Assembly: GCA_028691845.1 (NCBI GenBank)
Contig: JAQUYL010000018.1
Location: 2,814 to 66,813, forward strand
Direction of reading: 5' to 3'
DNA length: 64,000 bases
Source: Opitutaceae bacterium
Lineage (GTDB): Bacteria; Verrucomicrobiota; Verrucomicrobiia; Opitutales; Opitutaceae
The notes below the pieces were generated by a model that was not told the origin of the DNA, ran no database searches, and worked only from the letters and a program-made list of their open reading frames with translations. The first letter of the stretch is position 1. Every line of letters begins with the position of its first letter. Position numbers and translations under genes: made by a program. This document shows, one piece after another, positions 30,018 to 39,590 of the stretch.

Positions 30018-32330
30018 CTATTTCGATTTCATCACCCAGACCCCGTCCCAGCCGGGACCGGGGGGGGTATCCTTCAAGTATTCACAACGCTGAATGTACG
30101 TCTGACTGAGCTGGTCGCCGGGATGCAGCGCGAGGGCCTCGCGGAACTGGGCAATCGCGCGCCCGAACTCCCCGCTGCGATAGTATTTCAAGCCGCCACG
30201 AAACTGGTTGATGACTTCGGACATGTTGGGGAAGGACTCGTCGGTATGGAAATCGAGCACCTCGTAGACGCCGATCGGCTCCGTCTTGCCCTTGACGACG
30301 ACCTTATCGATCTCGCGCATCCGGTAAGTGCCCTTGAGTTTCCGGCAGGTGAACTCACTGGCGAGAATCTGTGCGTGATATTCCTTGCAGGCACTCTCAA
30401 GACGGGAGGCCAGGTTGACGCCATCACCGATGACCGTGAAGTCCATGCGCTTGGGTGATCCAATGTTGCCCGACACGACGGTGTCCGTGTTGAGCCCGAC
30501 GCCCATGCGGATCGGCTTCTGCCCGCGCTCGTGCCGCCGCTGATTGAGGGCTCGCAACTCGGTAATCATCGCTATCGCTGCCCGTATCGCGCGATCGGGG
30601 TCGTCACCATGCGAAATCGGGATGCCGAATTCGGCCATGACCGCATCGCCGATGAACTTGTCCAGCATGCCGCCCTGCTCGGTGATGCAGTTGACCATGA
30701 TGGAAAAGTACTCGTTTAGCAGCGCGACCGTGCCCTGCGCGCCCAGCTCCTCGGACAGTGTCGTGAACGACCGGATGTCAGAAAACAGCACCGTAGCCTC
30801 GACGCTCTGGCCGCCAAGGATGTCGGCGCCGCCCGCCAGCAGTTTGTCCGCGAGGCCGGGATCCATATAGCGGGACATGGTGGACTTCATGCGTTTCTCG
30901 CTGCTGATGTCCTCGATCATCAGCATGGACCCCAGGCGCTTGCCCTTGAGGCTCACCAGCGGCTGGATGGTCAGGTTGACGCTGAGTTTATCGCCCCCGA
31001 ACTCCATCACTGCATCCATCAGAACATCGCTGGCGCCCGTCTCGCCGGCCTTCTTCAGCCGATCGCCGACCCACTGGTTGGGCCCGGTGAAGAACTCCTC
31101 CGCCAGTCGGTTGAGCACATCCGGCTCCGCGCAACGCAGGATGCGGTAGCCGGCGGCGTTGCAGGTATGGATGCGGCCGTCCTCGTTTAGCGTGATCACG
31201 CCGCTCGACATGCTTTCGAGGATGGACTGGTTGTAATTCCGCATGTTCTGCACGTCGTCGAACAATTTGGCGTTCTCGAGGGCAATCGAAACCTGCGCGG
31301 TAAACGCCCTGAGCCGGGCCTCGTCCTCCGCGGTAAACGGGCCGCCGCGTTTGTTCAGCGCCTGGGTGACGCCTATGACCTTGCCGCTCTTGTTGACGAC
31401 GGGCACGCACAGGATCGAGCGCGTGAAATAACCGGTCTTCTTGTCGAAGGCGGGGTTGAAGCGCAGATCCGCGTAGGCGTGTGGAATGTTGATGGTGCGA
31501 CCCGACTGAAACACGGCGCCGGCGATGCCGACATGATTGGGCAGGCGGATCTGGATCGCGTTCAGGCCCTCACCCACCTCCGACCAGAGTTCGTTTGTCC
31601 TTTCGTTGTTGAGGAAAAGCGTCGAGCGGTCGGCCTTGAGCATGCGGGTGGCCTCGCTCATGACGCGCCGAAGCAGCACGGAAAGCTCGAGTGAGCTGGT
31701 TATGTCCGCCACCAGGTCAAGGAATTCCATCTCCTGCTGGCGCGTCCTTTTCATCCGCTCGATGAACTGCGTGTTTTGCAGGGCCACCGAGGCCTGGAGC
31801 GCCATTGCCTCCAGCAATTCAAGATCCTCGCCGGTAAAAACGCCCGCGCGCTTGTTCAGCGTCTGCACAACCCCGATCACATCGCCGCGAGCTGTCTTCA
31901 CCGGGGCGCAAAGGATCGATTTCGTCGTGAAACCCGTCTTCTGGTCGACGTCGCGATTGAACCGCGGGTCGGCATAGGCATCATTCACAATCTCCCCCCG
32001 GCCCGACTGGAAGACCGCGCCGGCTATCCCCGAGTTGTTCAGGACGCGGATCTCCCGGTTAAGCGTGCCCTGCGCGACTCGGGAGTAGAGTTCATTGGTG
32101 GCAGGATCATTCAGGAAAAGCGTGCCGCGCTCGGCGTGCGTCTCCGCGGCCACCAGATCGACCAGGGTGCCAAGCAATTCATCAAGATTCTCGATCGCGG
32201 CGATGCGCCGCGAGAGCTGCAGCAGCAGATCGCTGCGCCGCAGTTTCGCGCCGAGCGAGTTCAGCGTTTCGCGGGACGGGCGGGAAGCGCCGGAGTGGCG
32301 GGACGAAGGTTCAAGAGAATTGGCGTCCAT
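30018..32330 (-). CDS. class III adenylate/guanylate cyclase with tandem GAF domains, a PAS domain and a C-terminal TPR-like tail
   Basis: Cyclase core VLFSDIRSFTTLSEELG...LDKFIGDAVMAEFG...GLNTDTVVSGNIGS. Two GAF-like blocks (LFLNDPATNELYS..., LFLNNERTNELWSEV...). The ATG at 32330 (MDANSLEPSS) is preferred; the first 92 codons of ORF 30018..32606 are a Cys/Arg-rich overlap of the upstream gene. Confidence 0.85.
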   Translation of the reverse strand: MDANSLEPSSRHSGASRPSRETLNSLGAKLRRSDLLLQLSRRIAAIENLDELLGTLVDLVAAETHAERGTLFLNDPATNELYSRVAQGTLNREIRVLNNSGIAGAVFQSGRGEIVNDAYADPRFNRDVDQKTGFTTKSILCAPVKTARGDVIGVVQTLNKRAGVFTGEDLELLEAMALQASVALQNTQFIERMKRTRQQEMEFLDLVADITSSLELSVLLRRVMSEATRMLKADRSTLFLNNERTNELWSEVGEGLNAIQIRLPNHVGIAGAVFQSGRTINIPHAYADLRFNPAFDKKTGYFTRSILCVPVVNKSGKVIGVTQALNKRGGPFTAEDEARLRAFTAQVSIALENAKLFDDVQNMRNYNQSILESMSSGVITLNEDGRIHTCNAAGYRILRCAEPDVLNRLAEEFFTGPNQWVGDRLKKAGETGASDVLMDAVMEFGGDKLSVNLTIQPLVSLKGKRLGSMLMIEDISSEKRMKSTMSRYMDPGLADKLLAGGADILGGQSVEATVLFSDIRSFTTLSEELGAQGTVALLNEYFSIMVNCITEQGGMLDKFIGDAVMAEFGIPISHGDDPDRAIRAAIAMITELRALNQRRHERGQKPIRMGVGLNTDTVVSGNIGSPKRMDFTVIGDGVNLASRLESACKEYHAQILASEFTCRKLKGTYRMREIDKVVVKGKTEPIGVYEVLDFHTDESFPNMSEVINQFRGGLKYYRSGEFGRAIAQFREALALHPGDQLSQTYIQRCEYLKDTPPGPGWDGVWVMKSK

Positions 32331-32877
32331 GATGTTGTTCAAGTTCGGTGCGCAGCACGGCAATGGTTTCGCGCAGCTGGCGCAGCTCGTCGTTGGCGAC
32401 CTGCCGATGCCGCTCCAGCGCGTCGGCGTGCATTGCCGCCTCGTTCTCCAGTTCCGTGCGCATGAGGACGATGGTTTCGTGCAGCTGGCGGGCCTCGTCG
32501 GCGCCGGCGGCCACCGCCGCCTGCACCTCTTCCTCCTTGGCTGCCTGCAGCCGTTGCAATTCATCGCGCAGCGCCTGGATGGCGTGGTGCAGCTGGCGGA
32601 TCTCATCCCGCGCCGCGGCCACAGCCGCCTGCACGGCGTCGTCCCGACCGGCCTGCACTTCTTCCAGTTTCGTCCGCAGCGCCGCCACGGTCTGCTTCAG
32701 ATCGCGTATCTCGGTCTGCGCCAGGTAAAGCTCATCCTTTTCTCGGGTCGGACCGCCGCGTGCGCTTTGCGCCTCCACGTCTTTCACGGTACGGCAGTGT
32801 CGCGGAAAAGTCCTGTGGTTCGCAAGACGATTTGGAGCGGCCCGGCGCCGCGACCCATGCTCCTTCCCTTCCGCCAT
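32311..32877 (-). CDS. coiled-coil protein built from about 3.7 tandem 36-aa repeats
   Basis: Repeats EIRDLKQTVAALRTKLEEVQAGRDDAVQAAVAAARD / EIRQLHHAIQALRDELQRLQAAKEEEVQAAVAAGAD / EARQLHETIVLMRTELENEAAMHADALERHRQVAND / ELRQLRETIAVLRTELEQ. It overlaps the cyclase start by 20 nt. The exact start is uncertain. Confidence 0.6.
   Translation of the reverse strand: MAEGKEHGSRRRAAPNRLANHRTFPRHCRTVKDVEAQSARGGPTREKDELYLAQTEIRDLKQTVAALRTKLEEVQAGRDDAVQAAVAAARDEIRQLHHAIQALRDELQRLQAAKEEEVQAAVAAGADEARQLHETIVLMRTELENEAAMHADALERHRQVANDELRQLRETIAVLRTELEQHHGRQFS
32320..32712 (-). repeat. 108-nt tandem coding repeat (about 3.7 copies)
   Basis: On the + strand the motif g(c/t)gcagctggcg... recurs at 32371, 32479 and 32587 (108-nt period), with a weaker copy near 32695. 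Confidence 0.8.
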
Positions 32878-32891
32878 CCGCCCCGGGCGGT

Positions 32892-34415
32892 TTAGAGCAG
32901 GTCCGCCGCGAGTTCGGCCAGTTTCGAGCGCTCGCCTTTGGAGAGTTTTACGTGGGCCGCAATCGTCTGTCCCTTCATCCGGTTGTGACAGTAGACGAGG
33001 CCGTTGCTGCGCGAGTCGACGTAGGGATTGTCGATCTGGGCCGGATCACCAATCAGCACGATCTTGGAGCCTTCGGAGATGCGGGTGATGATTGTCTTTA
33101 CCTCGTGCGGCGTCAGTTGCTGCGCTTCGTCGAGGATGAAAAAACGCCGGGCAATGGAGCGCCCGCGGATGAAGCACAGTGCCTCGATTTCCACCATGCC
33201 GCTCTTGATGAGGCGCTCATAGGGCTTGATCGGGGCCAGATGCCCGTTGCCGTTGTGATAAGGAGGATCCGCCGGCAGGTTAAACATCTCCTCGTGATGC
33301 TTCTTTTTTTTCTTCGCGATCTTCTTGGAGACAAACTGCTGCTCCTTGGGCGGCTTTGAGGGCATGAGCACCTCGAGTGCGTCGTAATAAGGCTGCAGCC
33401 AAGGTCTCATCTTCTCCTCCAGCGAGCCCGGGAGGAAGCCGATGTCGCTGCCCAGTGCGATGACCGGACGAGAGATGGAAACTCCGTCGTAGCGGGATTG
33501 CTCGTCGATGGTCTGGTGAAGGGCGCAGGCGGTGGAGAGCAGGGTCTTGCCGGTGCCGGCCTTGCCGAAGCAGGTGATCAGCGAAATGCTTTCGTCGAGC
33601 AGGGCATCCATGAGGAACTGCTGTTCGAGATTTCGCGGGCGGATAGGGATGCCGCCCGGGGCCTTGACAAAATCGGGAATCCGCAGCCGCCGCACCAAGC
33701 CCGCCCCGTGGTAGCGCGCCGGCATGGTTTTGCCCTCTGGCGTCGTCAGCAGCACATATTCGTTGCACAACAACCGCTCTGCCAGTTCGGACTCGATGTG
33801 CAGCCCACCCTCTGACGCAAAGCGCTGCAGCCCGTAAATATCGAGCGGCACTTTTGGGTAGGATTCCGCATCGGGATTCTCAGGAACCTTGTCATTCAGA
33901 TAATCCTCGGCCTCCAGACCGACGGCGCGAGCCTTCAGCGCCACATTCACATCCTTGGTGACAAGGATGGTCGGCGGCGGGAAGGACTCCTGCACGAAGA
34001 GCGCACAGGCGATGATGCGATTGTCCTTTTTGCTCAGGTCCGGGAGGACAGCACGCAACCGCTGCATGGCGGGTGACGACCAGTTGTTTTCGACCACATA
34101 CCGGTTGATGATGACGGAAAGCGTGCCGCCGCTTCGCAGCTTGACACCCTCGTGCATGGACCGGGAGTCAGGCAACAGCTCCTGCAGCAGGCGGTGCACC
34201 CGACGGGCATTGCGGCCACGCTCGGTGGACTGTTCGCTTTTGATGGCGTCAAGCTCCTCCAACACCTCGACCGGGATGGCTAGATTGTTCTCCTCGAACT
34301 TGAAGAGCGACTGCGGATCGTGCAGCAAGACGTTCGTGTCGAGGACGTAGGTCTTGACCCTGGTGCCGACCTTTAACTGCGGATGGGGAGGATGAGCCGC
34401 TAGCAGCTGGTCCAT
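32892..34415 (-). CDS. PIN-domain / PhoH-like ATPase (PhoH2, YlaK-like)
   Basis: N-terminal PIN (YVLDTNVLLHDPQSLFKF...PVEVLEELD) and a PhoH ATPase with Walker A GKAGTGKTLL and FFILDEAQQLTPHE. Confidence 0.9.
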   Translation of the reverse strand: MDQLLAAHPPHPQLKVGTRVKTYVLDTNVLLHDPQSLFKFEENNLAIPVEVLEELDAIKSEQSTERGRNARRVHRLLQELLPDSRSMHEGVKLRSGGTLSVIINRYVVENNWSSPAMQRLRAVLPDLSKKDNRIIACALFVQESFPPPTILVTKDVNVALKARAVGLEAEDYLNDKVPENPDAESYPKVPLDIYGLQRFASEGGLHIESELAERLLCNEYVLLTTPEGKTMPARYHGAGLVRRLRIPDFVKAPGGIPIRPRNLEQQFLMDALLDESISLITCFGKAGTGKTLLSTACALHQTIDEQSRYDGVSISRPVIALGSDIGFLPGSLEEKMRPWLQPYYDALEVLMPSKPPKEQQFVSKKIAKKKKKHHEEMFNLPADPPYHNGNGHLAPIKPYERLIKSGMVEIEALCFIRGRSIARRFFILDEAQQLTPHEVKTIITRISEGSKIVLIGDPAQIDNPYVDSRSNGLVYCHNRMKGQTIAAHVKLSKGERSKLAELAADLL

Positions 34416-34535
34416 AGACTGTGGATAACCTGTGAATAACTAGAACCCAATTTACACTTTTGTAAATTCAATAATCACGAAGACTTCTACAAGGGTCCTG
34501 GCTGGCCGCCATGTAGTCCCTCCCCACCCCTTTGA

Positions 34536-34838
34536 TTACCGTAGCGGCTTTTGCTTGGGCTTGGGCGGTGGTCCCCACAATCGCACAAGGTACTCCGCGA
34601 GATTTTGCAGGCTTACTCTGGTCAGCCCAAATTGAGACGCACAACGCCGGAACGGCTCGACCTGACCGCTCCGCTCCTTAAAATAATCCCACAATTCCTT
34701 CTCAATCAATCGGCTGACTGCTAGAGAATCCTGCCCTCCATGGGTCAAATCGCGCACCTTGGCCTCCCAGTGCCTTTTTTCCTCCGGCTGCCGCGCCCAG
34801 TAATCAAACAACATTTGCTCGCATCGGTTCAGGCTCAT
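34536..34838 (-). CDS. hypothetical small protein
   Basis: 100-aa ATG ORF with plausible composition (MSLNRCEQMLFDYWARQPEEKRHWEAKV...). No family recognised. Confidence 0.45.
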   Translation of the reverse strand: MSLNRCEQMLFDYWARQPEEKRHWEAKVRDLTHGGQDSLAVSRLIEKELWDYFKERSGQVEPFRRCASQFGLTRVSLQNLAEYLVRLWGPPPKPKQKPLR

Positions 34839-34953
34839 GGTTGCTCAGGAATGATCGGATTGCCCGCCGGACACGGTGAGAAACGGCGGCATTGAAATTG
34901 AACTTCAATCTGATATGAGGGTCGCAAGTCTTGTAACTCAACACCGCACTACT

Positions 34954-35769
34954 ATGTGGCAAAAGCTTAAAGAGCAACTTCCGGCGGCAATTCTTACCGC
35001 CGTTATTCTCGTTTGCGCGGGATTTTGGTTCTACCAGAAAACAATCACCGAACTGACGACGCGCCAGCAGTCGGAAATCAACGCTTTACGGGAGCAAACC
35101 AATGCCGAGCTCAAAGCCTCAGCCGATGAGACCCGCCGGCACATCGAATCGGTCAACCAACTCCTGAAGGATGCCATCGCCAAACGCCAGGCCGATGTCT
35201 TCATGACCGAGGAGGAAGTCGCCAAGCTCAATGCCGAAAAGGTCGACGCCCTTGCCGAGGCCATTGCCAAGAAGGTCCAGCCTTACAACCCCCTGCCGAA
35301 GACGCCAGAGGAGGCGGAAAAGGTCCAGAACGAGCAAATTGACAAGGTGTCCTCCCGCTTGGCGGAAAAAATACAGCCCATCCTTTCCGAAATGTCGCAG
35401 GACCAGAATCTCACCCGGGAGTCCATTGCCCAGTACTCGCAACGGATTTCCGATCAGATCAGCGGGGTGCTGAATTCCGAGATGTCCCGCAACCAGCAAT
35501 TGAACAGCCAGCTGATGGTGTCGCAGGCCATCGCCGAGGACTCGCTCAAGCTCTCGCATGAGATCACCGCGCTCTACCTCAGCAGCTTCAAGGATCAGTC
35601 GCTTGTCACGCGCATCCTCTCCCTGCCGGCCAACGTGGTGCGCGACGCCTCCAACCTCAGCATCGTCAACAGCAGCGAACGCAAGAAGGTGGAAGAACGC
35701 CTCGTCGGCGATATGAATTCTCTCGAGAAACGCCTCCAGGATCTCCAGGCGCAAATGCCCAAGAAGTAA
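34954..35769 (+). CDS. membrane-anchored coiled-coil protein, hypothetical
   Basis: The ATG at 34954 gives MWQKLKEQLPAAILTAVILVCAGFWFY (TM anchor), followed by a Q/E/K-rich helical sequence. A strong hairpin terminator follows the gene. Confidence 0.6.
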   Translation: MWQKLKEQLPAAILTAVILVCAGFWFYQKTITELTTRQQSEINALREQTNAELKASADETRRHIESVNQLLKDAIAKRQADVFMTEEEVAKLNAEKVDALAEAIAKKVQPYNPLPKTPEEAEKVQNEQIDKVSSRLAEKIQPILSEMSQDQNLTRESIAQYSQRISDQISGVLNSEMSRNQQLNSQLMVSQAIAEDSLKLSHEITALYLSSFKDQSLVTRILSLPANVVRDASNLSIVNSSERKKVEERLVGDMNSLEKRLQDLQAQMPKK

Positions 35770-35786
35770 CCCTTTCCCACGAGCGA

Positions 35787-35815
35787 AAGGCGCGGCCAAG
35801 TCCGCGCCTTTTTTT
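35787..35815 (+). terminator. rho-independent terminator
   Basis: AAGGCGCGG-CCAAGT-CCGCGCCTT followed by TTTTT: a 9-bp GC-rich stem, a 6-nt loop and a T-run. Confidence 0.8.
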
Positions 35816-35890
35816 GGGCGGAGATCTTGCGGTTCCAGTCACAACCGCCATGCAGGCGTGACTTCTCGCCGGCAGGGAGAGGGCTCCGCT

Positions 35891-37708
35891 TCAAGCCTCT
35901 GCCGCCACCCTCGCGGCCTCCAGTTCCTCCCAGCGGGCAAAGGCCCTGTTCGTCTCCTGTTCGATGCCCTCCAATCGCGTCCGCGCTGCCTTCACGGCCC
36001 CGGACTCGCCCTGATAAAACGCCGGACTGGCAAGTTTTGCCGTCAACTCCGCCTGTTCGGCCTCGAGCGCCTCGATCCGGGCGGGCAGTTCCTCGAGTTC
36101 CCGGCGTTCCCGATTGGTCAGCTTACGCGGTGTAGCCGCCTTGGGTGCCGTCGTCACGACGGGCTCGGCCGGCTCCACTCTCGCCGTCGTTGCAGCAATC
36201 AGGCTTTGTTTTTCCCTCAGCCAGTCGCTGTAGCCACCGACAAACTCGCCGATCCGGCCATCTCCCTCAAAAACCAGCGTGCTCGTCACGACCTCGTCCA
36301 GAAACTCGCGATCGTGGCTGACAAGCAAAAGCGTACCTTTGAATTCAACTAGCAGATCTTCCAGCAGATCGAGCGTCTCCACATCAAGATCGTTGGTCGG
36401 CTCGTCGAGGACCAGCACGTTCGCCGGCTTGGTGAACAACCGGGCCAGCAGCAGACGGTTGCGCTCGCCGCCCGACAGCACCCGCGCCGGGGTCCGCGCC
36501 CGGTCGGGAGTGAACAGGAAATCCCCGAGGTAGCTGATCACATTGCGCACACGTCCCTCGATGGTCACCGTCGGATTTCCGCCGGCGATGTTGTCGGCAA
36601 CAGTCATATTGTCGTCGATCTGCCCGCGCAGCTGGTCGTAGTAGACGACCTCGAGATTGGTCCCGTGCTTAATCTGGCCGGACGTCGGCGCCAGCTGCCC
36701 GAGCAGCAGTTTAATCAGCGTCGTCTTGCCCGCGCCATTGGGACCCAGCAGGCCGATCTTGTCGCCCCGCGTGATGATCGTGGTGAAATCGCGCACCAGC
36801 ATCCGGCCGTCGGGCCAGGAGAAGGAAATCTCCTCCGCCTCGACGACCTTCACCCCTGAACGGCCTGCCTCGGCCAGCCGCAGGTTGACATTCCCCTGCC
36901 GCTCGCGGCGGGCACGCCGCTCGGCCCGCATGGCCTTGAGCGCCTCGATGCGGGCGCCGGCCCGCTTGCGCTGTGCCCGCACGCCGCGCCGGATCCATTC
37001 CTCCTCCTGCGCCAGTTTCTTGTCGAAGGCCGCTTGCTGTCGCTCCTCCGCCTCCATCACCTCCTGCTTGCGATTGAGATAGGTGTCGTAATCGCAGGCC
37101 CAGCCCGCCAGCCGTCCCCGGTCAAGTTCCACAATCCGCGTGGCCAGCCGGCGCAGAAAAGCCCGATCGTGCGTGACGAAGAACAGCGTCGGTTGTTCGG
37201 TGAGCAGAAAATCCTCCAGCGCCAGAATTGATTCCAGATCCAGATGATTGGTTGGTTCGTCGAGCAGCAACAGGTCGGGCTGGCCGGCAAGGGACCGGCC
37301 GAGGAGAGCCCGGCGTTTTTGTCCGCCTGACAAGGCGCCAAACTCCTTCGCGGCCGGAAGTTGCAACCGCTCGATCAGCCGCTCGACGCGCACTTCGCGC
37401 TCCCAATCCTCCTCATGCCCGCCAGCGGACGGCCGGAGTCCCCCAGCCACGATGTCATACACCGAGCCCGGCAGGTCCACCGGCACTTCCTGCGCCAGCC
37501 GGGTAGTTACCGCGCCCGGCTGACGGAATACCTCGCCGCGATCGGCCTGCAGTTCGCCGGCAATGATCCGCATCAAGGTGGATTTCCCCGAGCCGTTGCG
37601 TCCGAGCAGGCAGACACGTTCGCCCGGGTCGATCTGGAAGTTCACGTCTTCCAGCACGGCCGGACCGCCGAAGCTGAGGCTAACATCAAGCAGTGTCAAA
37701 AGCGCCAT
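35891..37708 (-). CDS. uup: ABC-F family ATPase (Uup-like)
   Basis: Two ABC cassettes (GRNGSGKSTLM and GPNGAGKTTLI, LSGGQKRR and LSGGERNR), an inter-domain linker and a C-terminal coiled coil. The ATG at 37708 is preferred (MALLTLLDVSLSFGG). Confidence 0.9.
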   Translation of the reverse strand: MALLTLLDVSLSFGGPAVLEDVNFQIDPGERVCLLGRNGSGKSTLMRIIAGELQADRGEVFRQPGAVTTRLAQEVPVDLPGSVYDIVAGGLRPSAGGHEEDWEREVRVERLIERLQLPAAKEFGALSGGQKRRALLGRSLAGQPDLLLLDEPTNHLDLESILALEDFLLTEQPTLFFVTHDRAFLRRLATRIVELDRGRLAGWACDYDTYLNRKQEVMEAEERQQAAFDKKLAQEEEWIRRGVRAQRKRAGARIEALKAMRAERRARRERQGNVNLRLAEAGRSGVKVVEAEEISFSWPDGRMLVRDFTTIITRGDKIGLLGPNGAGKTTLIKLLLGQLAPTSGQIKHGTNLEVVYYDQLRGQIDDNMTVADNIAGGNPTVTIEGRVRNVISYLGDFLFTPDRARTPARVLSGGERNRLLLARLFTKPANVLVLDEPTNDLDVETLDLLEDLLVEFKGTLLLVSHDREFLDEVVTSTLVFEGDGRIGEFVGGYSDWLREKQSLIAATTARVEPAEPVVTTAPKAATPRKLTNRERRELEELPARIEALEAEQAELTAKLASPAFYQGESGAVKAARTRLEGIEQETNRAFARWEELEAARVAAEA

Positions 37709-37869
37709 GGAGCCGGCCAATTTGAGCGGTCTCCTCCCCCAGTGCAATCTCTGCAAGCGCATCCCACCCCTCGTCATTCACTCCTTTAAAACCCCTGATG
37801 GAACCATCCTTGCATCTTTGGCCACACAGTCGCATTGACCGCCGTTCCTGAGCCCGGCATCGTGCCACA

Positions 37870-38127
37870 GTGATTGGCTCTCCTGACACGTCCCGGTATC
37901 AAACCCTGCGCTGGCTGGCGACTTACGCCGGCTACCCGACCAGACGTCTGCCGGCGCGGGCGGAATTGCTGCTATTGATCGCGGCAGGCGCAGCCGAGGA
38001 GGAACTCTTGCCGGATCGCAACCAATCGGTGCGCATGTCGGGCCAGCCGTTTAATGCCGCGCTCCGCCAATACACCACCACCCGCCGCCATGCGCACATC
38101 AAGAGCGACAACAGAGCGAAAGTCTGA
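37870..38127 (+). CDS. possible small hypothetical protein
   Basis: 85-aa GTG ORF in the roughly 750-bp uup/rraA divergent region. Third-codon positions are mostly G/C by eye, which is weak support for coding. No family. Confidence 0.25.
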   Translation: MIGSPDTSRYQTLRWLATYAGYPTRRLPARAELLLLIAAGAAEEELLPDRNQSVRMSGQPFNAALRQYTTTRRHAHIKSDNRAKV

Positions 38128-38455
38128 AATCAGATCGGATCATCCCCGAGGTTCGCCTGACGGCGGGGATAAAGGCTGTTTTCTCCTTCCGTCCCCGCCT
38201 TAAATGGCTCGCCCACCAACCCCTCTTCTTTGCCACTGAAAGCAACTAGAAAACGCGTCAGACAGGCAGCCCCGCATCGTCCGGCGCCCGACCGATCCAG
38301 ACTGATTTCCCGGATGGCAGGTCAACGCCAGATTGAGAAAGATCCTGTCACTTCGCCCCGCTCAAATGGGGAATGCCCCGATAGCGACTAGACTTTGCGC
38401 GCGCGACTTCCTATTGGTAATATTGTTTCCCCACACATCATTCAGCTTTCTTGCC

Positions 38456-38935
38456 ATGTCCTTCACGACCCCCGATCTCTACGATGATTTTGGCGACCGC
38501 TGCGGTTCCTGCGAAACACAGTTCAAACAATATGGCGGACGCCACGTTTTCTCCGGCCGGATCCGGACGTTGCAGTGCCTCGAGGATAATGTGCTGCTGC
38601 GGCGCATGCTGGAAACGCCTTCCGACGGCGAGGTGCTGGTGGTCGATGGAAGCGGCAGCCTTCGTTGCGCACTGATGGGAGATCTCGTCGCGGGCTTGGG
38701 GGAAAGGAACGGCTGGTCGGGCGTCATCATCCATGGCGCCGTCCGGGATGTTCACGCGCTGGCGGGACTGGATTTTGGCATCAAGGCACTGGGATCCAAT
38801 CCGAAGAAGAGTGGTAAAAAAGGCACCGGACAGATGGATGTATCCGTCATGTTCGGGGGTGCAACTTTCACTCCTGGTCATTGGCTCTACAGCGACGACA
38901 ACGGCATCCTGGTGGCGCCTGAAAAACTCACTTGA
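38456..38935 (+). CDS. rraA: RraA-family protein (RNase E regulator / 4-hydroxy-4-methyl-2-oxoglutarate aldolase family)
   Basis: MSFTTPDLYDDFGDR...VLVVDGSGSLRCALMGDLVAGLGERNGWSGVIIHGAVRDV...GSNPKKS is the canonical RraA pattern. Confidence 0.9.
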   Translation: MSFTTPDLYDDFGDRCGSCETQFKQYGGRHVFSGRIRTLQCLEDNVLLRRMLETPSDGEVLVVDGSGSLRCALMGDLVAGLGERNGWSGVIIHGAVRDVHALAGLDFGIKALGSNPKKSGKKGTGQMDVSVMFGGATFTPGHWLYSDDNGILVAPEKLT

Positions 38936-38959
38936 GTCCATCCAGCGACGTTCGACGGT

Positions 38960-39590
38960 TCAATATGCCACCGTGAAGTGCCGGCGGACATGAGGGGATT
39001 TCACGATCTCATCTGGCAAGGCGACCTCGTAATCCCCGGCTGAAATACGGCTCTGTCCCGGCGCATCGACGCCCAACTGGCTGCCGCCTAGTCGGAGCTG
39101 GCCTGTGCGCGCTCCGGGTTCAATAAGCGCCGCGGGCTAAGATTGCTCCAGTCGAGCAGCCGGCTCTTCCTGTAGTGCGCGAGAGCTTCGCAGTGCGCCC
39201 GGACAATCACCCGATGGACAGACGAAATGCGGCGAAGCGGACAGCCCTGCATCCCGGGCGGCACTTCGAGGCCGCCGGCGCCGCCCACAACAACCAAGCG
39301 CCTGACGCCGACCTGGGACAGACTTTCGAGAAGCACTCTGGCCGCACCGATGATGAAATCCACGCCAGGTCCAACCGCACTGATCACGGCCTCGTGTCCC
39401 CGGGCCATGGAGATCTCGTCCGTAGGGTTCCAGGCGTCACCTCCTCGGCCACCGCAGGAGGCTGGTCCGTGAAAAGGAAATCATCGGGGCGCGGGGCGCG
39501 CTCCCACAAGATGGTGACCGTGCCGCAACGCCTACCTGAGGAGGCGGCTTCCGATCATGCCGCGAGCACCAGCCAGAATACCTTCATGAA
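38960..39590 (-). pseudogene. NAD(P)H-binding (atypical SDR / NmrA-like) oxidoreductase, multiply disrupted
   Basis: Recognisable pieces: ILAGARGMIGSRLLR-TAG-ALRHGHHLVGARPAPR-TGA-...DAWNPTDEISMARGHEAVISAVGP...GVRRLVVVGGAGGLEV...LDWSNLSP. A frameshift follows, and the C-terminus ERTGQLRLGGSQLGVDAPGQSRISAGDYEVALPDEIVKSPHVRRHFTVAY reads in another frame. The ATG is 1 nt out of frame with the Rossmann motif. Confidence 0.7.

Noticed and set aside
32331-32606. N-terminal 92 codons of the 862-aa cyclase ORF
   Set aside because: The sequence is rich in Cys/Arg/Pro (MRSASCTTPSRRCAMNCNGCRQPRRKRC...) and completely overlaps the repeat coiled-coil gene in another frame. The internal ATG at 32330, followed by a sensible sequence, is the likelier start.
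32320-32712. Regularly spaced repeats as a CRISPR array
   Set aside because: The period is 108 nt with no repeat/spacer alternation. The repeats are degenerate, in frame, and translate to a heptad-rich coiled coil.
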